DNA from: a bacterium | GTDB taxonomy: Bacteria > Patescibacteriota > Patescibacteriia > Patescibacteriales > UBA12465 | DNA length: 64,000 nt | Direction of reading: 5' to 3' | NCBI GenBank assembly: GCA_035414245.1 | Contig: DAONYH010000001.1 | Coordinates: 41,501-105,500, forward strand | In this document: piece by piece, positions 1-8,545 of the stretch | Position numbering within the stretch: the stretch's first letter is position 1 | Layout: every line of letters begins with the position of its first letter | Program-made: the position numbers and the translations under genes | Notes under the pieces: generated by a model | Told to the model about the DNA's origin: nothing | What the model saw: the letters and a program-made list of their open reading frames with translations, nothing else | Database searches by the model: none

Positions 1-824
1 CTTTCCGCGCTAACTGCCTTTTCATCATCATAAGGAATATACTGAATAAGCGCTAAAGTAAATTCCAATAACTCATCTTGACTCCAGGCTTTTTGGTCGG
101 CAATGGTTTTTAATTTGCTAACCAAATCATCAATTGAAGTATCACCTTTTTGAACATGCAAAAACATATCATAAAAAGCTTCACGAATATTAGGCGGCGG
201 CTCATTAATTAAATAACTATAAACCTTGGGTAATTTACTATAAGTGTTATATAAATTAGTGGACAGAGTTAAAGGGACAGAAAAATCAGTATTTTTGTAT
301 TTAAAATTATATTTTTGTTCAATTAAGTTTTTTAAATTAGCATCGGATTGTGCTGATGAAGATGCAGTTGCTGGTTCTGGAGCAGAATCCCGAGCAACCG
401 GTATTTTATTTAAATCAGAATTAGTAATTCCTAAACCTAAACTTCTGATCACGTTAAAAGCGTCTAAAGGCCGACCTAAATAATGCAAATTAAGCGTTAG
501 CGGTTCAATGTAATAAGCTTGGCCCTTATCTTCAACCTGTAATAAAATCCGTCCGGCCAAACGACTAGGTGCTTTAGTAGCTAAAAACTGATTTAAGTCG
601 CGATTAGAAACACCTAAGCCAAATTCACGCATAATTCGAAAAGCGTCATCCGGCCGACCTAAAAAATAACGTTGATTATTTAAAGGATTGATATACCAAG
701 CTTGGCCTTTATCTTGCACCTGTAACAAAATTCGGCCACTCAAACTGGCTGCCGTGGCTGGCAAAAAACTAAACAATAGACCAAAAACAACTACTGGGAT
801 AATAATTAATTTATTTATTTTCAT
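1..824 (-). CDS. secreted repeat protein, C-terminus beyond window edge
   Basis: My own reverse-strand translation from the ATG at 824-822 stays open to nt 1. It starts with a signal peptide, MKINKLIIIPVVVFGLLFSFLPATAA. Two tandem ~50-aa units follow: GRILLQV(Q/E)DKGQA(W/Y)YI.P...YLGRP.DAF. It is absent from the ORF track because it runs off the edge. Confidence 0.6.
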   Translation of the reverse strand, partial: MKINKLIIIPVVVFGLLFSFLPATAASLSGRILLQVQDKGQAWYINPLNNQRYFLGRPDDAFRIMREFGLGVSNRDLNQFLATKAPSRLAGRILLQVEDKGQAYYIEPLTLNLHYLGRPLDAFNVIRSLGLGITNSDLNKIPVARDSAPEPATASSSAQSDANLKNLIEQKYNFKYKNTDFSVPLTLSTNLYNTYSKLPKVYSYLINEPPPNIREAFYDMFLHVQKGDTSIDDLVSKLKTIADQKAWSQDELLEFTLALIQYIPYDDEKAVSAE

Positions 825-1494
825 AATCAAACAAAGTTAAGAAAACATCTTTACGTGGAGTTTCGGGTAAGTGACTAACACTATTAATATAAATAATTTT
901 AATATAACCGTCGCGGTCAACAATTAATTTGCTGATTGAAGATTGAAAAATTTCTAAAGATAAAAAACCAATAATATCAGCATTCAAAATTCCGCAAATA
1001 AGCGCCTTGATAAAATTTCCATGACCAAAAACGGCAATTCTTTTCCCTTTATTTTCTCGATAAATTTCAGCAATCGCGCGTCTGGCAATCGTTTGCATTT
1101 TATTAAGTTCTTTATTTAATATTTTATGCTTTGCCAATCTTTTTTCTCTCTCTTTTTCGGTCATGTTAAAATATTTCATCTTATACCAATGCGCCCAGTG
1201 TAACTCATTCAGTCGTGGATTAATAATAAATTTTTTCTTAGTTTTTTTCACAAATGATTCAGCCGAAATTATTGATCGTTTTAGCTCACTAGAATAAACA
1301 ACATCTATTTTGCCTTGTAAAAGACGAGCAGTTAAATAAGAGCGCTGTTTTAAACCTTCTTTAGAAAGTGGCATTTCTTTATCACCTAATTTTTTTTCTT
1401 TTTGATAATTAGGATGACAATGCCTAATCAGTAAAATTTCTGTGTAAGGTCGTTTAGTGGCCGGTTGGATTTTTGCGTAGGGATTTTTATACAT
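811..1494 (-). CDS. histidine phosphatase family protein (phosphoglycerate-mutase-like)
   Basis: LLIRHCHPN is an RHG-type motif and RIAVFGHGNFI carries the second catalytic His. The first ATG is at 1494; the track start at 1506 is TTG. Confidence 0.65.
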   Translation of the reverse strand: MYKNPYAKIQPATKRPYTEILLIRHCHPNYQKEKKLGDKEMPLSKEGLKQRSYLTARLLQGKIDVVYSSELKRSIISAESFVKKTKKKFIINPRLNELHWAHWYKMKYFNMTEKEREKRLAKHKILNKELNKMQTIARRAIAEIYRENKGKRIAVFGHGNFIKALICGILNADIIGFLSLEIFQSSISKLIVDRDGYIKIIYINSVSHLPETPRKDVFLTLFDYENK

Positions 1495-1526
1495 AAAATA
1501 AAACAAATAAAAATATTAGTGAAAAA

Positions 1527-2120
1527 TTACCTAGTTAAATTCTTCTCGGCGAAATGCCAGTTGATAATCTTAAAACAAGCTTCAATAAAATCAGCCCGAC
1601 GATTTTGATAGTCTAAATAATAAGCGTGTTCCCAAACATCAATGGTAAATAAAGGTTTCAAATCAAGAGTTAAGGGGTTGTCAGCATTGGCCGTTTTAAT
1701 AATTTTAAGAGCGCCTTCATCCTCAACAAGCCAGACCCAGCCACTACCAAATTGCGCTAAGGCAGCTGTCTTTAATTCTGCCCAAAAATTATCCAAAGAG
1801 CCAAATGACTTATTGATTAAAGCAAGCATGGAATCAGAAATCTTTTGCTCTTCTGAATTAGGGGTTAAACTCTGCCAAAAAAAATCATGGTTGAAAACTT
1901 GTGCGGCATTATTAAAAATAGCCGCTTGATTAGGATTATTTTTTGTCTTAATAATAATGGACTCTAAATCCTGCTTTGCTAATTCAGTTTCATTAATTAA
2001 CTTATTTAAATTATCAACATAAGTTTGATGATGTTTATCATAATGAAACTCCACGGTTTTTTCCGATATATACGGCTCTAAAGCATTTTTAGCAAAAGGT
2101 AAAGGATTTAATTGAAACAT
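1527..2120 (-). CDS. sodB: superoxide dismutase, Fe type
   Basis: FHYDKHHQTYV, AAQVFNHDFFW and DVWEHAYYLDYQNRR are canonical Fe/Mn-SOD motifs. The Gln position in AAQ..NH suggests the Fe type. Confidence 0.9.
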   Translation of the reverse strand: MFQLNPLPFAKNALEPYISEKTVEFHYDKHHQTYVDNLNKLINETELAKQDLESIIIKTKNNPNQAAIFNNAAQVFNHDFFWQSLTPNSEEQKISDSMLALINKSFGSLDNFWAELKTAALAQFGSGWVWLVEDEGALKIIKTANADNPLTLDLKPLFTIDVWEHAYYLDYQNRRADFIEACFKIINWHFAEKNLTR

Positions 2121-2154
2121 ATTTTATATTTAATTTAATAGCTAGTTATTGAAA

Positions 2155-2183
2155 ATTATAGCAAAATAAGACTTTTCTGCCTA
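2155..2183 (-). promoter_or_regulatory. putative sodB promoter
   Basis: On the minus strand: TAGGCA (2183-2178), 17 nt, TATAAT (2160-2155). Confidence 0.45.
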
Positions 2184-2247
2184 TTTATGACTTTTTAAAC
2201 CATTTACGACTTTTTGACTATTGATAAATATTAGATTTTCATTAATT

Positions 2248-2835
2248 TTAAAGATAACCTTTTAGCTGACGTCTTCTTTGGCGATAATCTGGTATCTTTT
2301 TTCCTACTAAATCCCAAAAATCAGAAGAATGATTTAACTCTTTTAAATGACATAATTCATGAACCAATACATAGTCAGCTAACTCTCTGGGCAAAAACAA
2401 TAAACGATAGTTAAAATTTAAATTACCGACTCGACTACAACTTCCCCAGCGCGTGCTCTGATTTCTGACGCTTACTTTTTTAAAATCAAAATTATAAAAT
2501 TGATTAAAATATTCCAGTCTTTCTTTAATAAAAATGGAGGCTTTCTTTTTATGGCGCTGATAATCTTGTTTAGCCTGTAACTCGCAACTGAAAGCTAAAT
2601 CATTATTCGGGCCATATAAACTTTTATTCTTTTCTTCTATTTCCTTAAGACGTTGTAAAATAAATTCGCCTTGTGACTCAAAAAACTTTAAAGCTAATTT
2701 AGCGCTAACTCTTTTTGGTTTAGTAAGAACAACTTTGCCATTTTGATGAATAATAATTCTAATTCGTTTGGCTAAGGGATTAGATTTTAAATCAATAATT
2801 ATTTCTTGATCTTTTAATTTAATTTTTTTAAGCAT
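2248..2835 (-). CDS. YgjP/DUF45 (M48-like) zinc metallopeptidase
   Basis: WGSCSRVGNLNFNYRLLFLP...VHELCHLKELNHSSDFW contains the HExxH motif. I prefer the ATG at 2835 over the GTG at 2862, which overlaps rlmN. Confidence 0.8.
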   Translation of the reverse strand: MLKKIKLKDQEIIIDLKSNPLAKRIRIIIHQNGKVVLTKPKRVSAKLALKFFESQGEFILQRLKEIEEKNKSLYGPNNDLAFSCELQAKQDYQRHKKKASIFIKERLEYFNQFYNFDFKKVSVRNQSTRWGSCSRVGNLNFNYRLLFLPRELADYVLVHELCHLKELNHSSDFWDLVGKKIPDYRQRRRQLKGYL

Positions 2836-2839
2836 TTTT

Positions 2840-3922
2840 TTAACCGCTAACCACTCTTCCACCGTGTAATTGTCCGCAGGCTGCTAAGATATCAGCGCCA
2901 AAGCTATGTCTAATTGTACTTTTAACACCGTGCTTATTTAAAACTGCTTGAAACTGGCGAATAGCTTCGCGACTGCTGGCGGTAAAACGACCGGTTTCAT
3001 TATAAGGAATTAAATTCACCATGTACAAAGGTCGCTTCATTAAAATAGCTAAATTTTCCGCATCCCGATCACTATCATTGACACCGCTAATCATTAAGTA
3101 CTCAAACATTACTTGCCGACCGGTTTTAGCAATATAATTATCAACTGCCGCCAATAAATCTTTTAAAGGATATTTCTTGGCAACCGGCATTAATTTAGTT
3201 CTTAAATTATCACTAGCCGCATGAAGAGATATAGCTAAATTGATTTGAATTTTTTCACCGCTCAAACGTTTTATACCCTCAATTATCCCCGCCGTGGAAA
3301 CAGATATTCGCCGAGCGCCAAAATTGATAGTTTCCGGGTTATTGATAAATTTAACCGCTTTAATAAATTCTTGATAATTTAAAAATGGCTCACCCATGCC
3401 CATGAAAACCAGATTATCAACTGTTTCCCTCTTCCCTGTTTGACGTAAAAATCTTTGCCAAAAAATTACCTGCTCAATTATTTCTTCAGCCTTTAGATTG
3501 CGTTTAAAACCATAATTGCCGGTGGCGCAAAAAAGGCAACCTAATGGACAACCAACTTGACTGGAAACACAAATTGTATAGCGATAATTTTGAACACTAG
3601 ATTTTCTTTTACCTTGAAATTTTTTTTCTTGATCTTGCTTAGAAGTTTGTTGTTTAATTAAAACCGTTTCTACAGCCAAATTATCCGCTAAATAAAGAAG
3701 TGCTTTAGAGCTGCCGATTTCCGAATGACTTTTAAAAACCTTGGCTTTAATTTCTAAAGGACAGGTGGCTTTCAGTTTTTCTCTTAATAACTTAGGTAAA
3801 CTCGACGCCTCATCCCAATTACTAATATAGTCTTTATATAAAAAATCATTTATTTGTTTATAGCGATATTTTGGTTCCTTCGCTAAAACAGCTGACAACT
3901 TAGATAAATTCATATTTTTCAA
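2840..3922 (-). CDS. rlmN: 23S rRNA/tRNA adenine-C2 methyltransferase, radical SAM
   Basis: It has the radical-SAM cluster motif CPLGCLFCATG, GMGEPFLNY and a C-terminal AACGQL. Confidence 0.9.
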   Translation of the reverse strand: MKNMNLSKLSAVLAKEPKYRYKQINDFLYKDYISNWDEASSLPKLLREKLKATCPLEIKAKVFKSHSEIGSSKALLYLADNLAVETVLIKQQTSKQDQEKKFQGKRKSSVQNYRYTICVSSQVGCPLGCLFCATGNYGFKRNLKAEEIIEQVIFWQRFLRQTGKRETVDNLVFMGMGEPFLNYQEFIKAVKFINNPETINFGARRISVSTAGIIEGIKRLSGEKIQINLAISLHAASDNLRTKLMPVAKKYPLKDLLAAVDNYIAKTGRQVMFEYLMISGVNDSDRDAENLAILMKRPLYMVNLIPYNETGRFTASSREAIRQFQAVLNKHGVKSTIRHSFGADILAACGQLHGGRVVSG

Positions 3923-3928
3923 TAAAAA

Positions 3929-5038
3929 CTAAAGCGGTTTTAAAATAATCTTAACAATTTCACTATTACCGGAAGTGCGCATCGGCGGTCCCCAAGTTCC
4001 TAAGCCATTATTAACAACTAAGGAAAAGCTTCCGACTTGAAAAAGACCATAGCCATATCCTTTATAAAACAAATTAACAATCAAACCTAGTGGAAATAAT
4101 TGTCCGCGATGAGTATGTCCGGAAAGTTGTAAATCTATTCCCGCCTTTACAGCTAAATCTATATTTTTGGGTTCATGAAATAAAAGTAGACTGGCCTTTG
4201 CTTCATTATAACCGGACTGATTTAAAATTTCTTGGTGGAGATTGAAATCATGATTAAAAGAATAATTAATGCCAATAATTTGTAAACCGTCAACCACTTT
4301 TAATTTATTATCCAAAATATTAATATTATGATCCTTAAGCAAATCATTAATTCGATTGAAACCTAAATAAAGATCATGATTACCATAAGAATAGAAGACA
4401 CCTTTGGAAGTTTTAAATTTTATAAAATCGGGAGTAAGCCAAGAAAAATCCGATTTCATGCCGTCAAAAAGATCACCGGTGATAAAAACAGCTGCCGGCT
4501 CTAAACTATTAATTTTATTAATAATTCGCGCAAATGTTTTTTGTCGATAGATGGGTCCTAAATGAACATCAGAAATATGAACTATGGCTTGATTATGCCA
4601 AGCAGTCGGTAAATCTTTAATCTTCACCTCGTATTCTTTAACCTTAAAATTAAGACCATTATAAACACCCCAAAATGACAGAGACAGTGTTCCTAAAATT
4701 ATAAAACCTTTACAAAAATTGACTGATAGATGCAAACCAACTAAGGGTAACAAAAATTTTAGTATTACAACAGCCAACAACATTAAACCAAGATTAAGCA
4801 ACGTCCCTAGCCAAAACATCGCGCTTAAATAATACAAACGCGTAAAGACATTATCCCATTTATGAACTAAAACAGCGGATAGTAAAATAGATATAAATAA
4901 TAGACTTAAAACAATGGCTAAAATTAATTTGACATTAAACGCACTCAGAGCAAAAAATTTTACAATTGCTATCCAGGCAATAAAATGACCAAGTAATAAA
5001 AATAAGGAGCCAGAAGCAAATAAAACTAACTGCATCAT
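3929..5038 (-). CDS. membrane-anchored metallophosphoesterase
   Basis: Several N-terminal TM helices are followed by the calcineurin-like motifs HISDVHLG, GDLFDG, GNHD and GHTHRGQ. The start codon is uncertain: ATG at 5038 or 5035, TTG at 5047. Confidence 0.8.
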   Translation of the reverse strand: MMQLVLFASGSLFLLLGHFIAWIAIVKFFALSAFNVKLILAIVLSLLFISILLSAVLVHKWDNVFTRLYYLSAMFWLGTLLNLGLMLLAVVILKFLLPLVGLHLSVNFCKGFIILGTLSLSFWGVYNGLNFKVKEYEVKIKDLPTAWHNQAIVHISDVHLGPIYRQKTFARIINKINSLEPAAVFITGDLFDGMKSDFSWLTPDFIKFKTSKGVFYSYGNHDLYLGFNRINDLLKDHNINILDNKLKVVDGLQIIGINYSFNHDFNLHQEILNQSGYNEAKASLLLFHEPKNIDLAVKAGIDLQLSGHTHRGQLFPLGLIVNLFYKGYGYGLFQVGSFSLVVNNGLGTWGPPMRTSGNSEIVKIILKPL

Positions 5039-5073
5039 ATAATTCAAACTGATCGTTACAATTTAAAAAATTA

Positions 5074-6357
5074 TTATAATAAAAAAGGAAATTTAGCTAA
5101 AGTTGATTGATCTTTTAAATCATGCTCAATTTCTAGCAGACGATTATATTTAGCGGTCCGCTCGGAGCGTGCCGGAGCGCCGGTTTTTATTTGCCCGGTT
5201 CCGAGAGCAACTGCTAAATCAGCAATAAAAGTGTCTTCGGTTTCACCACTGCGATGAGAAATAACCGCGGTGAAATTATTTTGACGCGCCAGTAAAACAG
5301 TTTTAATGGTTTCGGTTAAAGTTCCAATTTGATTAGGTTTAATTAAAATAGAATTACTCGCTTTAGTTTTTATTCCTTTTTCTAAACGTTTTGCATCAGT
5401 GACATAAAGATCATCGCCGACAATCTGACAATTAGGATTAGCAGCTAAAAAATTAGCAAAACCATTCCAATCATCTTCCGCAAAAACATCTTCTAAAGAA
5501 TAAATGGGATATTTTTTCATTAAATCTTGATAAAAAATAGCCAACTCTTCACTAGTTAAAACTTTCGCTTCTTTATTAAGATGATATTTGCCTGCTTGAT
5601 AAAATTCACTAGCAGCCGCATCAATAGCAAAAACAACTTCTTTTCCTAATTCATAGCCAGCGCCAGAAATTGTTTCTTGAAGTAAAGCAAACGCTTCTTC
5701 ATTACTACTCACCGCTGGCGCAAACCCGCCTTCATCACCAACTAGAATTGAATATTTTTTAGTCAGTAAAACTTTTTTTAAAGAATGATAAATTTCCGAA
5801 GCCATTTTAATTGCCTCAGCCATATTTTTTGCGCCAATTGGCAAAATCATATATTCCTGAATATCAGTTGCCCAATTGGCGTGCCGTCCACCATTTAAAA
5901 TATTTAACATCGGCAAAGGCAAAATATATTGACCGGAAAAATCAGGATTAAATTTAGTTAAGTATTGATAAAGCGGAATTTGTAAACTATTGGCAGCGGC
6001 ACGAGCACAAGCCAAAGAAACGGCCAAAATAGCATTAGCGCCTAAATTACTCTTATTAGCCGTCCCATCTAAACGAATTAACTCCTGATCTATTTTTTCT
6101 TGCTCTGAAACATTGTATCCAACTAAAGCTGGAGCAATAATATTTTCAATATTAGCGACCGCCCGCAAGACACCCGCTCCTTGAAAACGATTAAAATCGC
6201 CATCTCTTAATTCTACTGCTTCATGACTGCCGGTTGAGGCGCCACTCGGAACCAAAGCTTGGCCACTTATGCCATTTTCTAGTATTACTTTGGTAATAAC
6301 CGTTGGTTTAGCGCGCGAATCCAAAACTTCCCAAGCAGTAATTGTTTTTATTTTCAT
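5074..6357 (-). CDS. eno: enolase
   Basis: The full-length 427-aa protein carries SGASTGSHEA, ILIKPNQIGTLTET and SHRSGETEDTFIADLAV. Confidence 0.95.
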   Translation of the reverse strand: MKIKTITAWEVLDSRAKPTVITKVILENGISGQALVPSGASTGSHEAVELRDGDFNRFQGAGVLRAVANIENIIAPALVGYNVSEQEKIDQELIRLDGTANKSNLGANAILAVSLACARAAANSLQIPLYQYLTKFNPDFSGQYILPLPMLNILNGGRHANWATDIQEYMILPIGAKNMAEAIKMASEIYHSLKKVLLTKKYSILVGDEGGFAPAVSSNEEAFALLQETISGAGYELGKEVVFAIDAAASEFYQAGKYHLNKEAKVLTSEELAIFYQDLMKKYPIYSLEDVFAEDDWNGFANFLAANPNCQIVGDDLYVTDAKRLEKGIKTKASNSILIKPNQIGTLTETIKTVLLARQNNFTAVISHRSGETEDTFIADLAVALGTGQIKTGAPARSERTAKYNRLLEIEHDLKDQSTLAKFPFLL

Positions 6358-6363
6358 AAATTA

Positions 6364-7389
6364 TTAGTTTATAAAATCTTTATATAAATATTTTTCTGTT
6401 TTATCAATCACTTTCTTTAACATTTTTACTGCTTCTAAGGGATAGTCACCAATAGTTGTTTCATCGGACAACATTATCATATCCGCTCCATCAAGTACAG
6501 CATTAGCAATATCACTAACTTCCGCTCGAGTGGGGATGAAATTTTTAATCATTGAGGTCATTACTTGAGTGGCAATAATCGCCGGCTTTCTGTGCCAGTG
6601 AGCATGTCTAATTAGATTTTTTTGGACGATAGGTAAATCCTCCACTGGTATCTCAATTCCCAAATCACCCCGCGCAATCATAATTAAATCAGCTGCCACA
6701 ATAATTTTGTCAATATTTTTTAAGGCTAGTCCACGTTCTATTTTAGCAACTATTTTAATTTTGCTTTTTTTACCAATCAATCTTTTCAAACGATGAATAT
6801 CGCTCGCGGTTTGCACAAATGATAAACCTAAATAATCAACGCCTGTTCTTAAAGCAAACTTTACATCTTGAATATCTTTAGATGTGAGCCCGCCGCGTCT
6901 CATATTGGTATCCGGTACATTAATCGCCTTATTAGAAGACAAAAAACCGCCATGGATAACTTCTGCACTAATAACTCGCCCTTTAACACCTTTTACTTTT
7001 AAATTAATTTCACCATTACATAAATAAAGCGGCTGTCCTTTTTTAATATCTTTATAAAGATCAGCATTATCAATCGGGATAGGACCGTTTTCTTTATATG
7101 GTAATCGAGAAAAAATAAAATCATAAACTTCCCCGGTTTCCAAAGTTAAACCCTCATCAGGCATTTTGCCGACTCTGATTCTTGGACCTTGTAAATCTAG
7201 CAATATTTCAACTTTCTTTTCCGCGCTCTGATTATAGACATCAACTATTTTTTTTATTTTTTTATATTGCACTCTTTGCGCATGGGAAAAATTTACCCGT
7301 ACAATATCAACACCCGCTTTTAAAAGTTCAACTAAATTTTCTCGACTTTCACTTTTGGGTCCGATAGTGGCAATAATTTTGGTATGCAT
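6364..7389 (-). CDS. pyk: pyruvate kinase, short form lacking the C-terminal domain
   Basis: TKIIATIGP, RVNFSHA, MIARGDLGIEIP and MLSDETTIG are present. It is only 341 aa and ends just after the A domain. Confidence 0.9.
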   Translation of the reverse strand: MHTKIIATIGPKSESRENLVELLKAGVDIVRVNFSHAQRVQYKKIKKIVDVYNQSAEKKVEILLDLQGPRIRVGKMPDEGLTLETGEVYDFIFSRLPYKENGPIPIDNADLYKDIKKGQPLYLCNGEINLKVKGVKGRVISAEVIHGGFLSSNKAINVPDTNMRRGGLTSKDIQDVKFALRTGVDYLGLSFVQTASDIHRLKRLIGKKSKIKIVAKIERGLALKNIDKIIVAADLIMIARGDLGIEIPVEDLPIVQKNLIRHAHWHRKPAIIATQVMTSMIKNFIPTRAEVSDIANAVLDGADMIMLSDETTIGDYPLEAVKMLKKVIDKTEKYLYKDFIN

Positions 7390-7439
7390 AATTTTATTTT
7401 TATAATTTATAAGATAATAATTAATTTTTAAAGCAATAG

Positions 7440-8537
7440 CTATTTTTTATTATTTTGCAGCTTCTTTAGCTGAGTTTGATAAAATTCTAAATTATTAAGA
7501 CTAGCTAGGCGCTGTCCCAAAGGCTCATGCAAGCGAAAAAGATGATGCAAAAAAGCGCGTGTCTGACTGGATAATTCTTTTATTTGACTGTTTTTATTGA
7601 TTGGTAAAAAATCACGAGCAAATTTAGCATTATCAATATTTATTGTTTTATATTTCTGACCACTAGCCAAGTACAATTTTCCATGTCGTCCTTCACGAGT
7701 AGGAATAACACAGTCAAACATATCCCAACCTAAATAAGCGCATCGTCTAATATCTTCCGGTGTACCTATGCCTAAAGCAAAACGTAAAGCGTTGGGTGGA
7801 ATTAGACTAGCAGTCACACGCAATACTTCTTCTAAAAAATTACCATTTTTATCCACTGGCCGTGCGCCAAAGCCATAGCCATCAAAACCAATGGCAATTA
7901 ATTCGGTCGCACAATATTTTCTTAAATCAAGATCAGCCCCGCCCTGAATTACAGCAAACAACAAAGGTCTTTTAGTAGAACTTATTTTTCGTTTTTTAAT
8001 TTGCTTTAAATATTCTGCCTTAGATCGCTTCGCCCAATTGATCGTGCGTTGCACAGCGACTTCTAAGTCAGCGCGAGAAAAATCATTGGGCGGACAATCA
8101 TCTAAACAAACCATCATATCAACGCCTAAGTCAAATTGAATTTGAATTGATTTTTCTGGGCTTAAATTATGCCATGAACCATCCAGGGGTGAACGAAAAG
8201 AAACTTTTTTATCATCAATTTTACCTAATTTTTTATCTTTATGAATTAAAGAAAATATTTGAAAACCGCCTGAATCTGATAATAAAGGGCCGGTAAAATT
8301 CATAAACTTATGAATACCACCGGCGGCTTTAATGGTTTTTAAGCCTGGTTGCAGATAGAGATGAAAAGTATTAACCACTAAAGCTTGGGTACCAGTTGCC
8401 TTAAGATCCAAGGGACTAAGTAATTTAATAAAACCCCGTGTCGCGTCCGGCATAAAAAACGGGGTTTTAAATTCACCATGATTCGTCTTTAATTTTCCTT
8501 GGCGCAAACCATTGTTAGTTTTAATGAGTTTAAACAT
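7440..8537 (-). CDS. tgt: tRNA-guanine transglycosylase homologue (queuine tRNA-ribosyltransferase family)
   Basis: LLSDSGGFQ, VIQGG, LGIGTPEDI and DMFDCVIPTR are conserved. The CxCxxC...H zinc ligands are replaced (see findings). Confidence 0.85.
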   Translation of the reverse strand: MFKLIKTNNGLRQGKLKTNHGEFKTPFFMPDATRGFIKLLSPLDLKATGTQALVVNTFHLYLQPGLKTIKAAGGIHKFMNFTGPLLSDSGGFQIFSLIHKDKKLGKIDDKKVSFRSPLDGSWHNLSPEKSIQIQFDLGVDMMVCLDDCPPNDFSRADLEVAVQRTINWAKRSKAEYLKQIKKRKISSTKRPLLFAVIQGGADLDLRKYCATELIAIGFDGYGFGARPVDKNGNFLEEVLRVTASLIPPNALRFALGIGTPEDIRRCAYLGWDMFDCVIPTREGRHGKLYLASGQKYKTINIDNAKFARDFLPINKNSQIKELSSQTRAFLHHLFRLHEPLGQRLASLNNLEFYQTQLKKLQNNKK

Positions 8538-8545
8538 CTTATTTA

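Noticed and set aside
244-483. Plus-strand ORF of 79 aa near the window start.
   Set aside because: It lies antisense to the long edge-truncated minus-strand ORF (1..824), which has a signal peptide and internal repeats.
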